Source of the DNA: Chrysemys picta bellii
Taxonomy: Eukaryota
DNA length: 64,000 nt
Direction of reading: 5' to 3'
NCBI RefSeq assembly: GCF_011386835.1
Contig: NC_088804.1
Coordinates: forward strand, 42,718,001 to 42,782,000
The notes below the pieces were generated by a model. It worked only from the letters and a program-made list of their open reading frames with translations. It searched no databases and had not been told where the DNA came from. This document shows positions 1 to 20,755 of this stretch, piece by piece (position 1 is the stretch's first letter; each line of letters starts with the position of its first letter). A program made the translations under genes and the position numbers.

Positions 1-3000
1 AAGGGGGGGGGGCAGGGAAATTGCAGTGCTTCCTTCACTCTGGGGGCAGAATTTGCACACAGGGCTGTTGGAAGCCCCCTCCAGCGCATCACTGACCTCT
101 TCCCAACAGGACTCAGGGCACCTGGCAATGCAGCCTGGCTCAAAACTCTGAGAAACAGATTTCACTGCGTAACCCAGATCTTCAGCAGGGCCGGCACCCT
201 CCAGCTCTCTTCCTAGATTCCTGGTCTCTCTCATGCTTGGGAAGAGCTGTACCTGGGACACCCAGAGATGGGGGGCCGGGACTCCAGGAGCCCCACTGCG
301 CGCACACATCAGGTGGCTTGGACAGTCCTTTGAGGCTCTGCTTGCTTCCTTGGAGCCTCTAGCGCCCACTGTTGTGAGTGTTTGATTCCCAGTGTACGTT
401 GCTCAGGATTAACTCCTGGGATTCAGCTTCTCAAGTTACCAGTGTACTGAGCTTTCCGAGACTGGCTAGAGCCTTGTGGGACACGTACTCCATCTGCAGA
501 CCAGTACGGTAGCCCATCTCCTTAGTGGCACAGATCGACAGCTTGATGTAACTAGACTTAGGGTGAGAATTCACAGCACAAAACGTTTGACGGTGAACCT
601 AAGAGCATGCCGCCTCGAGCCTGGCCTTCCCCAGAACGGGCTCGCAGTGTGTGAAGAAGCGATCCTGGAGGGCACACTTCCTTTAAGTGAGGTATGAAGC
701 CCAGATTGTCCTGCCAGCGCAGCAGCCTGCTGAAACCCTAGGGAGGGAGTGTTCTTCACAGGCCCCTCACAACTACGTGGCCTATGCCCGATGCCTAGCA
801 GCTCATTTCCAAACACTGGTTTAGCAACCAGCAAAAGCCAATCAATTGAAACGTGTTTGTTTAAACAACAAATCATGCTAGGTTATAACATACTTAGAAT
901 AGTGTCTTAGCTGATTGGGGTTTATGAAGTGAATATAAAGTTAATATAAAGTGAGTTCCATCACAGTACTGATTTGGATAGGTTTGTGTTCGCCCAACAG
1001 ACTGTTATCTGGTCTGTGGACCAATTGGAAGAGTTGTCATTTCCACGCAAGGCTGTTAAGCTCTTCAGTCTATTTTAGCTGCTCTTAAAGTGGATATTTT
1101 AGCTCTAGTATGGTTGGGGTTTGTGCCACCAGTCCAGCGAGTGCTGGAAACCACAGCGTCTGCATGGTGAAAAATCTACTGCAGGGAGAGTAGACTTGTT
1201 CTAAGCCTCAGTTCTTAGACAACCCGTAAAGAAATACTCTTAACGCCACAGGGTGATTAAGCTGTTACCATGTTAGACTATTTTCTTATCTAAATGTCCG
1301 TTTTCTTTAATTTGCAGCTTCACCACATTGGTGGCTGTAAAGCACTGGAATATTTTTACAGTTAGAGGCTAGGCCAGTTTGGTCTCTTACCAAAAGCCAC
1401 ATGTCAACTTAAATTAGAATTCTGGACAAGGTCCCTCCTTCTCCCAGGAAAACGTGGCTTGCTAGGAACCAGGTTTACGAGGGTAAAGATGGGGTCCATC
1501 AGCAGGGGAATAGTCACCCCTGTTGTACTGGAAGTGTGAGTAGTGTCAGTATATCACATAAAATGGGACAGTCTCTCCCCCCCACCCCCATTATTCCTTC
1601 ATTCTGCAAACTACCTAATAAGCTGCTATGCAAATTGTTGTGCCCTGGCTGGTTTCAAGGGGTTAGATATCCCTGAGGATTTCAGGGAACAACTTGTAGA
1701 CTTAAGCACTTTCTCTGCTTTTTTATTTTGCTCTGACACTTAAGGTTGAGTGGTTGCTATGTTAAGTTCTGGTGGTGGTCACTGATTGTCAGTACTGCCC
1801 CGGATCTGTGCAAAACTTCAGTGTAAATGCCTTGCTGTCAGGGGGGTGAACTCTTCCCAAATCACCTGTCACTAGCAAAGCTCTGGTTGAGGTGGCAACT
1901 GAAATGTCAAGAGTAGACGCCAAATCGAATTGCACATGATGGACGTTTGGCTTAACAGGAGGTTATTTTAACTCATTTCGATTGGATTTGGATTTCTGTG
2001 GGAGGTAGGGGAGTACTTAGTACTGCCTTGTCATAACCGCCCACTACAAGCTGAGCTGGCACCCCTTGTGCACGGCCAGCTGGAATGAAGTACAGTATGG
2101 TCTGTCTTCCCCTTTGCATCAGACGTGGTATAGTTAATGTGCAGAAAGGCTCACGCTACCAGCCTGAAACTGTCTCCCAACCGACCCAGGTTCCTTCCCA
2201 GGCTTCGCTGTGTTAGGAATTACATTCTGTCCTGTTTAAGCAATCACTTTTGAGCCTTTTGCCACAAAGCCTGAATTCGATCCTGACTTGCTTCACCAGT
2301 GAAGCCCCTGAGATCTCAGCCTAGTCCGCAGAGAACCTGTGTCCAAACCAGACCAATCTTCTCATTCGCGTGAGCGTCAGTGTTCACTGATTGGAGGCTC
2401 AGGTCTGTTGCGGATCAGAGGTACTTGGGGAAACTTGCCAGTTTGCACTCTGCCTAGTTCTCCCCAGGGCTGTCTTCCATTCATGCCAAATATCTGCCCT
2501 GTTACAGAATGCTGCATGCTCTCCTGGAACGCTGCGAGCCATCGCTTACTCTGGAAGCTCGGGTCCTCTTAGCTTTTAAGGTTTTTAATGTTGGTATTAA
2601 AAGCCTTTTCTGCAGGCTGAATTTCTGATGCTCAGGCCCCCACTGTGTCCCAGCTCCTCCCCAGAAGTGTTGAGGTACCAGATTTATCTGCAGTACATAC
2701 ACTATGTGCCTCACCTGGCCTCGTTTGTTTCTGGTGGCAGCAGGCGCCCCCCTTCCCAGAGGCTGTGTAGAGACATGGGGAAATGTACAAACTCCTGGGA
2801 GCTTGCTCTGTCTTCCCTGTAAGTGGGGGAAAGGGCTGCGAGAGACTGCTCCTGCCCCCTCCCACATCTATGCAAACCTCGGGATTTTGAGTGAGGCGAT
2901 ATGTTGGAAAGCTAGAAAATGCCCCATGTGGCGCTCCGGCTCGGCAGCTGGAGAGCTGTTACAGCATTCCATGTGGAAGATACACCACTGAGAGGCATCC

Positions 3001-4503
3001 CAGGTTATCCTTGGAAACCAGAGGGAGGAGAGGAGAATATCTATGCTGAGCTTGTGTTTTCTGTCCAGAATAAGAGCAGGCAAGTGTCTTAAATATGGGG
3101 GGGGGGGGTAATTAAACTAGTGAATGGTGTTTACAAAACCTTACATAAGCTGCGTAGATTTTAAAAGCTATCTAGTCAATCAATTCCTCCTACCAACTCC
3201 TCTTCAAACAGCACTTGTGGGATCGACTCCCAGAGTTAATACTCTGCAAAATCTTTGCAGATTCTTGTGCTTTCCCCAATACAACATTTCTATGCCTGTG
3301 GCTAATTCCCACAACTGAAAGCAGACATGGCACGCATGGCTTCATTTGTAACGAAAGAGGTGCCCGGGCTCAAGCAATTTTTTTACTTTCCTAACTGACA
3401 CGCCAAGCCCAAAGGTGCCGGGGCTGAGCCTGGCGGAAATGAAGCACTGCTTGCATGTAGAAACCAGGCTACACTTTTCTTTAAAAGGAGGCCAGTAGCC
3501 TCTTCGCGTTAGATAATCAGCAATAAAGAAAATGGATGAGAGACTAGTAAAGGCAAATGCGTCTTTGGCTGTGAATCCCACTCCCGGTGCTTCGTGGGAG
3601 CCACGTGGCCAGAGCAGCCTGAAGCACCATGGTTGCCGTAAGGCTAAGTAACCGTTCTCTATAGCCAGCCCACCTCTGCCTTTGGCCTTTATGCTGCCAG
3701 GATTTTGCTACATGAGTTAATTCTGTTTCTGCTGCTGATCTTGCAGCCTCCTGGCCTGCAATACAGTACATCAAAACCTTGATTGCACTTTCATGTTCTA
3801 GAATTTGGGGGAACTACAGGGCTAGTTCTGCCTGGTTTTAAAAATAAATTCATTTGCAGTGACATCTCTTCTCTGCTGAAGAAAATTAAAAAAAAAAAAT
3901 CCCCTTGGCACATCAATGTTTGTGGTGCTCCATTTTCCTTTTAGCATATCTGCCTGTCTGGGATCAGCCAGTGTAGGGGATCTCACTACAGTGAATCAGT
4001 GATAAGTTTACAATTTGGGTCAATAGAGCATTACAAGCCGCAGGTGCTAGAGACAAGAACCCTGTAGGTATAACTGACCCCAGGTCATCTGAAGAATAAC
4101 TTGCACCGAACCACTACAAATAAACTGTTTTTTAACCTGTGCAAACTCTATGCTGTTTGATATGATATAATCAAGGCACAGACTGTAACACTCCCATGAA
4201 AAAAATAAAATAAAATGCAATCAATTCTATTTTTGTATTCTTTGTAGTTCACTATTTATACAATTCTTCCTTTTTTGAGGTTTTTAATCTCTAGCTTTTG
4301 GAACTTCCAGGTTACCAAATCCAAATAACCCAAGTGGTGACAAGCAGGGGAGTTTGTGTATTTCACAATCACATTAAAGCTTTATGTGTACTCTATAAAT
4401 ATAGATGCATAGACAACCTATTGTCCCTTGAGTTGCATGTTAACTGTATAGTATTGTACATTACAATGAAAATGTAACTGAAGGGCAAGTATAACCTTTA
4501 TAC

Positions 4504-4519
4504 TGTAAATAACAATAAA
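4504..4519 (+). terminator. Probable 3' end (Pumilio-type TGTAAATA plus AATAAA) of an upstream + strand gene, by synteny SNTB2
   Basis: TGTAAATA 4504-4511 and AATAAA 4514-4519 close an AU-rich, TGTA-rich stretch (~4200-4540). No coding exon recognised in 1-4500. SNTB2 is inferred only from conserved gene order. Confidence 0.4.
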
Positions 4520-4853
4520 GGCTTTTATGCTTTTAGATTGTTTTTTCTCTGTGGAAATGTTTTGTCTGGGGTAGGAGATGCAATAACTTTTGCCATTCAA
4601 GATGGAAAACATTACTCCCTGCCCTCCTTGGCCAGAAGCTTAGGGGAGCAAACAAAAAATAACCAAAACCCCCAGTGGTGCAGCACCCTGGAAGCTGGCA
4701 GCCAGGGAGACCACCTGATCCTAGAACAGGAGAGACTCTGCTTTTCCTGCCACACACGGTTCTGTGTTGGAGGGGAGGGGACTTGGCAGAACCCGAGGAC
4801 AACAGTGGATCTGTGGTGTTCATGCCCCATTGAGATTCATGAGGCGGTTCACC

Positions 4854-5077
4854 CAGGGCCGGCTCCAGCGTTTCTGCCGCCCCAAGCAAAAATTGCGGCA
4901 GCAATGGGGGGGGGGGGGGGGGGGAAAGCAGTGATTGGCGGCGGCAGTTCAGCGGCAGGTCCTTCGCTCCTAGCGGGAGTGAGGGACCTGCCGCCCCCGA
5001 ATTGCTGCAGGTGCCGCCCCTCTCCCTTGGCCTCCCCAAGCACCTGCTTGTTAAGCTGGTGCCTGGAGCCAGCCCTG
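4854..5077. mobile_element. Non-autonomous hAT-type DNA transposon (MITE)
   Basis: TIRs CAGGGCCGGCTCC...GGAGCCAGCCCTG; perfect 8-bp TSD GGTTCACC at 4846-4853 and 5078-5085. Confidence 0.85.
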
Positions 5078-5806
5078 GGTTCACCTATATGAGCCATCAG
5101 CTCTCTGCAGGCTCAAAGAACTGTCCCTGCATCAGTTACATCAAGCTTTTCTTTGACCCAATGAGGGCAAGAGTGTGGTGAGTTTTTGTTTTTTGTTAAA
5201 GCTGAAATTCCCACATAAGCACATGATTGGAGGAGCTGGGATCCTAGGTATTGGCCTACAGAACCTATGCCTTAAAGCAGCCCTGGATGAATGGGGCTGC
5301 ATTGATAGGCCCGGGGCCCAATAAGCATCTATTTGTTGCTGTGATGTACTGGAGGGAAAATATCTCACCCAGACAATGCCGTATTCAGAAAAGTGTTACG
5401 GTTTAAGAATGGAACGGTCTGCCTACTCTGGAAAGGCAGGGGTGACAGACAATCACACGGGACCAGGCAAGCCTCAACCACTGAAAGGCGGGGCACTTCT
5501 ATCTCTGGAAAAGGAAAGGTAAGGCACTGTAGTGTCCATTAACTCTACATGGTTATTAAAGCGCCAGCCCTGAGTGAAATGGATGTATGCATTCTAGGGG
5601 GCAAATGCCAAAGATGGGAGTAGCACGGCCCATTAGAAGGGGCTCCTGGTTTAAGGCAGATGGTGACGAGGTAACAATGCCACTTTAGAAACAGGAGTGC
5701 AAAGCCCAGGATTCTGTGTGCCAGCTGGAGGCAGGTAACCTTTCTCACCCCCACCCCAACCAGCGATCTGCCAAGGAAAAACAGTGGCTGAGACCTCTTC
5801 TCCAGA

Positions 5807-5891
5807 AAGCGACAGAGGCCTGTGGTAAGGTGCCATAGGACTCTGTCGCTTTTTACAGATCCAGACTAACACGGCTACCCCTCCGATACGT
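5807..5891. mobile_element. Short Penelope-like element fragment with inverted end
   Basis: Shares ...TTTTTACAGATCCAGACTAACACGGCTACCCCT... with the copies at 52172 and 55406; AAAGCGACAGAG is inverted against CTCTGTCGCTTT; TSD TTCTCCAGA at 5798-5806 and 5892-5900. Confidence 0.7.
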
Positions 5892-6677
5892 TTCTCCAGA
5901 GAGGATGCTGTCTCCTCACGTGCAGGGTACCAGAGGAAGCTGTAACAAACCCGCTGGCTGCAGCCAGCCAACCAGCCGAATGCAAATCACATCTCCAGCC
6001 TCAATGTATGAGCTGTGAGGGAGACTAGCCCCTGGAACAAATGCCCCCGGGCAGTAGCGCATTCTCCAGCTCCAGCCTCCTCCGGTCCAGCCTGGACAAC
6101 TTTCTGGAGGAGGCTTTAGCCAGATGCAAGTTCCTGGGCTCAGCACAGGGCTAACTGGGTGTGAACTTGAATAGCCCCTGTTCTGCAGGCGATCAGAGTC
6201 GAGGAGCTAATGGGCCCGTTAGAGTTAAGAAGGGGAGTCGGTAGGGGAAGGGGGGCTGTGTCTATCGCGGGGGGTCTCTATGCAGGGCTGGTGGACGAGG
6301 ATGAGGGGGTCACAGGCACCTCTATAAAACAAAGCCCTGAAGAGCGTGACTGGCCCCTACTCGCTGGGGGTGGGGGGGGGGGGTACGCAGGTGTCTCCGT
6401 GCGGGGGGAGCGGCGGCGGGGGGGGTCTATTTGAGGGGGCAGGATATGGGGGTGTCTCCTCCCCTCCCCTCCCCGGCCGGCGGTCGCTGCAGTTCCCGGC
6501 GCGGCCTGCAGGGGGCCCCGCCGTTCTCGCTCCCCGCGTAGCCGCTGCGCGACCGGTGGGTCCCGGTTCGGTGCCGCCGCCTCCTGCCCGCCGCGCCGGG
6601 GCCTCCCCGCCCGGAGCCGGATCCGGATCCAGGCCGCTCGCAGCGCCCCGGGGACTCGGGCGGCACCGGGCGATGAA

Positions 6678-14306
<7,629 letters not shown>

Positions 14307-14627
14307 AAGCTTCTGCCCTGGGGCGGGCGGGGGTGGCAGGGCGGGGCTGGCAGTGGCAGCATGTATGCTTGCAAAGCCCTAGTGCTGGCAGGCGGACGGT
14401 GCCAAGTGGGCGCTAATGTTCAGCTCCCTACTAAACCCACCTGTCTGTGGGCCCCCAGCTGGGAGTTACACAGCAGCACGGCCCCTGGCAGGCCTGTGGA
14501 AGGGGCTGAGCACAGCCCAGGGGCCTGCCCTGCCTCCCCCAGGGGCCCTGACACCCCTGCCCGCCTTTTTTTTTTTTTTTTTAATTTTTTTAAATTAATG
14601 CTGCTTGTTTTGTCTTGTTTATATACA

Positions 14628-14633
14628 AATAAA
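14628..14633 (+). terminator. VPS4A polyadenylation signal
   Basis: AATAAA about 320 nt after the stop, preceded by a U-rich tract. Confidence 0.75.
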
Positions 14634-15986
14634 AACGATCCAAAAGCTTCGCCCGCCGAAACGGGACTTTCCTGGGGTGGCTGAGCCCACACAGTGCTGC
14701 CCTGATTGCGCGGGACCAGCCGGCAGGGGGTAACCCTCGTCTGGGCTAGGCCCCATGTGCCAGGCTCTGCATGTCTGGCTCCCCACGCTGGAGCTGTGCT
14801 GTGAGACGCCAGCCTGTCCCGTGGCACTGCGAGCAGGAAGTGGCTCTGGAGGCACGGCTAGGGTCGGGCTCTGCAGCACGTGGGTGGTCAGAAGGCTGCC
14901 TTGTCTCCAGCTAGGCTCTGCTCCCTGCTGTAGCAGGGCAGAGCAGTGGTGTGTCCGCTTGGCCAGCCACGGTCAGCAGTGCTGCTGACGCAGGGAGCCC
15001 TCCCCGGCTGGCTGCTTTTCCATAGCTGTGGGACTTCTCCAGCCTGCCGCACATCCCCTCCGTGAGCCTGTCTCTGCTTTCCCGCGCGCTGCAACCCCCC
15101 GTCCCATCAATTCCCGGATCACGGTATGCTAAGGCTTCGTTCCTGCTGCAAGCTGGGGTCCCAGGCCCTGCCGCAGAGCTCCAGCCTACTCAGCTTCCCC
15201 CTCCCTCCGTGCTGGCAGTAGAGGATCCCCATAAGAACTGAAGGTGTGGACGTGGGGCGAGAGCGGCTGAATAACGGTCAAGAGGAGGGGGAGATCTGAG
15301 GGCTACGTCCTCCAAAGGGGGAGTGACAATCTGCAGCCCCTTGGCTGCTGTACTTCCCTGTCCTACTGCGCCTCATTCTCGTCTCCTAGGAGTAGCCAAG
15401 TGCCAAGCCCCAGCGCTGGAGCTGAAGAGCTTCGTTCAGGCGTTAGCCTAAGGAGCTAACCCCACGCCCTGGCTGCTGTTGGGCCAAACTCAATAGCAAC
15501 CCCCCTGGCCGTCTCTGCTCCCTCACAGGAGCTCCCCATCTGCACTCGCTGGGTGGGCCTGCGAGGACGAGCGGCGGAATAGCCAGCAGTGCTGGCAGTA
15601 ATGGTGGTCGTTGTGCTCCAGAGCTCAGGGGGGCAGGTCTCTCTGTGCTGTTTGTGGGCAGGATCCCAGCGCGCCCCCTTCCCGGCCCTGGGGCCTGCCA
15701 GATCAGTTGGCTGGAGCACAAAAGCTTGTGTCCTCACAACGTGCTCAGATCTGCAGCCAGCTCCTTGGAGCGTGAGACTCCCTGCCCCTCCCGGTCTGTG
15801 CTTCCAGGGGGGCCAGGAGCGTCTGCCGGGGTAACCCCGTCTGCGGGAAGCTGGGCCCAGGCTCGGGGGGCTGAGTGAGGAGTGGTCAGAGCACAGGACT
15901 GGGAACCGGAACTCCTGAGTGCTAGACAGCGCTGGCGCTGTGTAAAACGGGGACGATGCAGGGCTGGGGGAATGAGACTCCTAGTG

Positions 15987-16192
15987 CAGGGGTTCTCAAA
16001 GTGGGGGGCGGGAGGTTATTACGTGGGGGTGGTGGTGAGCTGTCAGCCTCCACCCCAAACCCCGCTTTGCCTCCAGCATTTATAATGGTGTTAAATATAA
16101 AAAAAGTGTTTTAATTTATAAGGGGAGGGGGGTGTCATACTCAGAGTTGCTGTGTGAAAGGGGTCACCAGTACACTAGTTTGAGAATCACTG
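15987..16192 (+). mobile_element. hAT-type MITE (~205 bp family, copy 1)
   Basis: CAGGGGTTCTCAAA...TTTGAGAATCACTG; TSD TCCTAGTG/TCCTAGAG; homologous to 42174-42392 and 43218-43421. Confidence 0.85.
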
Positions 16193-17713
16193 TCCTAGAG
16201 CCTGAGGTGCCGATGGGGGGGAGAAAAGCAGCAATTGCTATTCCTTACCCCCTCTCCCCCTCCCCCCCCCCCCGGCCAGTTTTACTGTCAACCCCTCTTG
16301 GAGGCTTGTAGCCAGCCTGGAGGTGGGTGACGTGCCTGGCGCAAGGCCACTGCATCGGCCTGAGGCTTCCAATGCTTAACTAACACCCCACACACACACA
16401 CACACACACCTACTGCTGCCTAGTTGGGGGGGTTGCAGTATCAGAGCTGGGGGGCTCTGCTCAGGCCCCAGCCAGGCAGGCTGCTGTGGGAGGTGGATCG
16501 GCTGGCCCAGCTGTGTACGGGGGGGTTGCAGATTGGGCAGGGAAAGCGCCCAATGTAGAGCTGCTGAACAGCGAGCGGTGGGGCTGTCACGGCTGGATTT
16601 GCCCGTAGGCTACTTGTAACCTGAATGTTTTCCTTTTAGCTCCGTGACCACAGTCTCACATTGCCCTTTTAGGTGAATTTAATTCCCAACCCATCCACGC
16701 TGCCCACTGGGCTCCTTAGGGAAACGGCTCCCTCCTGAGGGCTGGATTTACGTGGGAGCTCAGTGCGCCGGGGGCTGTTTTCAATTTGGGCAGCGTCTGT
16801 AATGAAATCTCCGCAGCAGCGGTGGCTCTTGGGAAGAGCTCCACTTTTTGCTCTGCTCTGCACTAAGATGGTCTGTTCTCAGCACGCGTGTTTCATTCAA
16901 TTGCTGCCTGGCTTCTCAGTGGGGAAGAGAACTCCTGCTAGAAGGCCTTGCAGTCGGAGAGCCCCTGCCCAGGTAGACAGCTCCTTGCTCGGGTCCGCCA
17001 GGAAGAGTCTGCTGCTCGTAGGGGAGCTGCCCCTGTGTCTGGCTTCTCTTGTAGATTGGCTCTGGTGCCCTAGAGGGAACCTAGGCAGCCACAGCCCATG
17101 AGCAGGAAGTCTGGCTTGCAGGGGACAGTGGGTGGCACTAGCAGGCTGCCAGGGGAGGTGAAGAACGTGGGGTGGAAAGGAACCCAGGCTGGAATTGTGA
17201 AAGACTTTCTCTGTATTTGCCATAATAAAGCTGATGAATCTCCCTGGCCTGTGGCTCAGCAAGTGTGTTCCTTCCCGAGGCCTGGCACGGTGGGTAGTAG
17301 CCAGCTGCGGGCGCCAGCACCAGCACTGGGGTGGTACTTGCTAGCGACAGTATTCCTGCTGACAGGCGGGAGGGCTATATCCACTGGCCTTTCCCCCTAA
17401 GGCCTGAGCTTCACATGGTGCAGTGACAGAAGGGAAGACAAGTTAATCTCAGCTTGGTCCCTGGGGGTGCACATCATAAAACTACTTCTCCAAGTGCTGG
17501 GCAAAACCGAACCAGCGTGGCAGGACTCCCCTGTGCAGCCAGGGGACAGCCCGAGGCAGGGGCTGCTTGGCAAGCACAGGAGATGCACCAGTCTGCCTGC
17601 GCCGGCTCCCAGGGGGGAGGTGCTCGCCATAGCCTCCGAGGGAAAGGGAGGGTTGCGCCCCCCCAGCCACAGGACCTCAGAACTCTCAGACTGCAGCTGA
17701 GCTGTGCAACACG

Positions 17714-17719
17714 TTTATT
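17714..17719 (-). terminator. PDF polyadenylation signal
   Basis: TTTATT on + (AATAAA on -) about 125 nt after the PDF stop. Confidence 0.75.
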
Positions 17720-17842
17720 TTCCTTGCTGGCGGTAGGAGAGCTCCCAGCGCAGCCATCGTGCCCTCAGTCAGAGTGGAAGACACACCCCATTACAACCCA
17801 AGCCGGTCACTTCAGCCGCCCGTGATGCAGCACGTGAGGGGC

Positions 17843-19155
17843 TCACTCGGTCACCTCCGTCCAGCGCGTGTTCACAAAGGTCTGGCTCTCCATTTTGTCG
17901 ATGTACAGGATGCCCTGCAGGTGGTCCATCTCATGCTGGAGGATGCGGGCCGCCCACCCGCTTGCCTGCCAGGAAACGGGATCTCCTGCCTCATTCAGGC
18001 CTGCAGAAGCAAACATGGCCCAGGTGAGAAGCTGAGCACCACGCTTCCAATCCCCCCTCTGGCTAGGCACAGCATGTAGAGCCCCCTCCGGGCAGGGCTC
18101 ATGCAGCAGCATGCAGACGGGGAGGGGTTTGGGCCCTGCCTAGGGGCAGTGTGGGATGAAGCAGGCAGGGCCATTGCCCCCACTCTCCGCCAGCACTGCA
18201 GAACCGGGGTCTCCCCCATGCCGGCATGAATTCCTGCCACTTGCACAGCTGATCACAATTGAAGCCCTCAGTCTGTCCCCGGCTCTGTGGTTCAGAGCCA
18301 CGGGGCTCCTGCCAGACTAAGGGGGATGCACTGGACGTGCCAGAATGCCGATCCCGGCACCGAACGAGGCCAGCACGCTGCAGCCTGGCTATGGACGGGG
18401 GGCTGGTCCCAGGGGGCTGAACCTACATGCTTCCCAGAAATACGCGTTGTTGCCACAGGGATGGTGGGCATTGGTGACTGGGGCAGGTGATGGGGGGAAA
18501 GCCGAGGGGGGCTGGGAGCAGCGGAAGCCGCTGAGGAGGGCTGGGGCCCAGAGACAGGCTCGCTCTAGCACGATGTGGTCCATGGGCTAAGCCCCGGGGC
18601 TGCCCCAGCCCTACCTGACACCTCCACCGCCTGGTACCGGGGCACCGAGGCGGCAAAGCCCGCGACGCTCGCGCAGCCCTCGGGGAAGGAGACCAGGCGC
18701 GAGTCCAGCACCCGCATGGCCGGGTTCACGAACACTTTGAGCGGGAACGGGGCCATCTGCCTGGCCTCCCGCAGGCCCGGGCTGGTCTCCCGGTGCAGCC
18801 GCTCTGGGAGCTCCGCCACGAAGACCTGCAGGGGCACCCCGAGCTGCGGCGCGCTCAGCCCCTGGCTCGGCAGCCGCCGCATCACCCGCACCAGCGTGTG
18901 GATCAGGCGCTGCAGCTCGGGGCCGGCGAGCAGCGCGGGATCCACGGCGGCGGCGGCGCCGCGCAGCACCGGGTGCCCGGCCTGGCACACGCGCTCGTAG
19001 GGCGGCTGCGGGGGCGCCACCAGCGAGCGCCCCAGGAACCCCAAGTAGTTGCGCGGCTTGGGCGGCGCGCCCTGGAGGCCTCGGACCTGCGCCCGCGCCG
19101 GGCGCCAGCGGCTCAGCGCGTGGGCGAGGGGCGGCCGAGCTCCGCACGCCGCCAT
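17843..19155 (-). CDS. PDF: Mitochondrial peptide deformylase (232 aa, 2 exons)
   Basis: Exon 1 19155-18615, exon 2 18000-17843 (699 nt). Arg-rich N-terminus; motifs GLSAPQ, EGC and HEMDH. The ORF-track start at 19176 is a GTG; the ATG is at 19155. Confidence 0.96.
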
Positions 19156-19183
19156 GCCGGGACCGGGACCGGGCACGCGCGCT

Positions 19184-19244
19184 CACGTGCGACTGAGCCG
19201 CCAGTCCCAACCGGAAGTAGCGGAGCATGCCGGGAGTTGTAGTC
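19184..19244 (-). promoter_or_regulatory. PDF proximal promoter: E-box, ETS/GABP and ZNF143 (SBS) motifs
   Basis: CACGTG 19184-19189; CCGGAAGT 19211-19218; GACTACAACTCCCGGCATGC on - at 19225-19244; inside a CpG island. Confidence 0.75.
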
Positions 19245-20343
19245 TCCTAAGGCACGGGGAGAGCGCGGCCCCTGGCGGCAGAGGGCGGGGTCACCGGCTC
19301 CAAGCCAAGGGGGGGAGGGGGATTAGAGGGGTTTGCAGGGGGGTTGCAAGCACTCCGGGGGGAGGGTTCCCCAGCTTGAGGCACTGCGGCAGGCAAGGGG
19401 CACTGCAGGGCCCCCCGCTGTGGAGAGCAAGAGCAGCCCCACCCCCTGGTCTCTGGGGGCAGCACGATCCATCCAGGTCCCTGCGGTGATGGGCCTGTCC
19501 CTGTCACTAGGTCTATCTGCCAGCCCTGCCCCCCAGGAAGGAGCCCCAGTGTGGGGAGTGGGGTGTCATGACGGAAGGTTGGGGATAGATCTGCTACATT
19601 GACCAGAGGCTGCTGGGTGGCCTTTCTCCACCTCACTTTGCCCATGGCACTACACTTTCCACAGGAGGGCATCATGGGCCCCTCGGTACACAGGAAAACC
19701 ACAGGAGGCAGGGAAGAGGCATGCCCAAGGACACATATCCATGCTTCTCCCACTCCAATTGCCTACAACCCCCTGGCCCTGCTCTAAGCCCTCAGCTAGC
19801 AGCCCTCCACCACCCTCTGCTTGAACCCACCCCCACATAGAAGGGGGGGGCACAAGCCATCCCAGCTAGGTTTTGAATGTTAGGTGTTGTAGGGATCCTC
19901 ACCCTGTGCGAAGTGCTGGACTAAGGCCCAAGCTGAAGGTTCCAGAAAACCAGCTCTTCATTTACACACGAGAAAAAAAAAAACCAAGGGCACCTGAGAG
20001 CCTTGCCAGGGCCAGCACCAGCTCCTACCCTCCTCAGCCATGGCCTGAGATGGGCCTGTCCACCACGCCACCTCCTCCCTCGCAGTGCAAACTGCAGAGT
20101 TCTTTATGAAAAACACACGGATTTTTCTCTCTGGCGGTTGCCTCTTGAGCTACCAGAGGTTTGAGCCCAAAGCTCAGAGGGGATAATAGCAGCAGCTCCG
20201 TATCTGTGAATATCTTCAAGAGCTGAGTCCTTGTCAGGCTGGGGAGGGATATGACAGACCCTCCCTGCACCGTATGCCCATAGCAGCTGCTTGCAGCCAG
20301 GGCTGGGGGGGTAGCAGGTACAGCACAGAATACATGAATGAGC

Positions 20344-20349
20344 TTTATT
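20344..20349 (-). terminator. Candidate COG8 polyadenylation signal
   Basis: AATAAA on - about 410 nt after the COG8 stop and upstream of the PDF promoter. Confidence 0.6.
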
Positions 20350-20755
20350 TATACAATGAACAGCCTTTTTCAGAGGTATGTACTTCATTGAACCTGCTTT
20401 CCAAGTCCGAAAGCATTCACTCTCTTTATACTACAGGTTGTCGGGAGCCCGGGCCTGTGCCCAGCCTCCTTCCCCCAGGACCAGGAGACCTGCAAGGGCC
20501 CTTGCCCACACTTGATGGGTACAGAGAAGCCAAGGAAGTAGTTACAGATGATGCAGCCTGTAATGCTCTGTACAGTTCCCATCAGCAGACGCAGCCAATG
20601 CTCCTGCTCATCTCCATCCACATCCCCACACTCAGTGCCATTGTTCAATACCAGCGCTGCTATGTGCGAGACCCCCACAGGCTTCTGCAGAGGCCAGACT
20701 CACTCAGTATATGCACGCAGCACGGCGGGCAAGCTGGGGCAATCCCCTCCCTCTG

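Noticed and set aside
1740-1950. Faint resemblance to LF-SINE
   Set aside because: Similarity too weak to support by eye.
1-4500. SNTB2 coding exons
   Set aside because: No syntrophin-like peptide in any frame; at most 3' UTR lies here.
19156-19176. ORF-track N-terminal extension of PDF (MPGPGPG); likewise CYB5B from 61857
   Set aside because: Both begin at GTG codons; the ATGs at 19155 and 61872 fit better.
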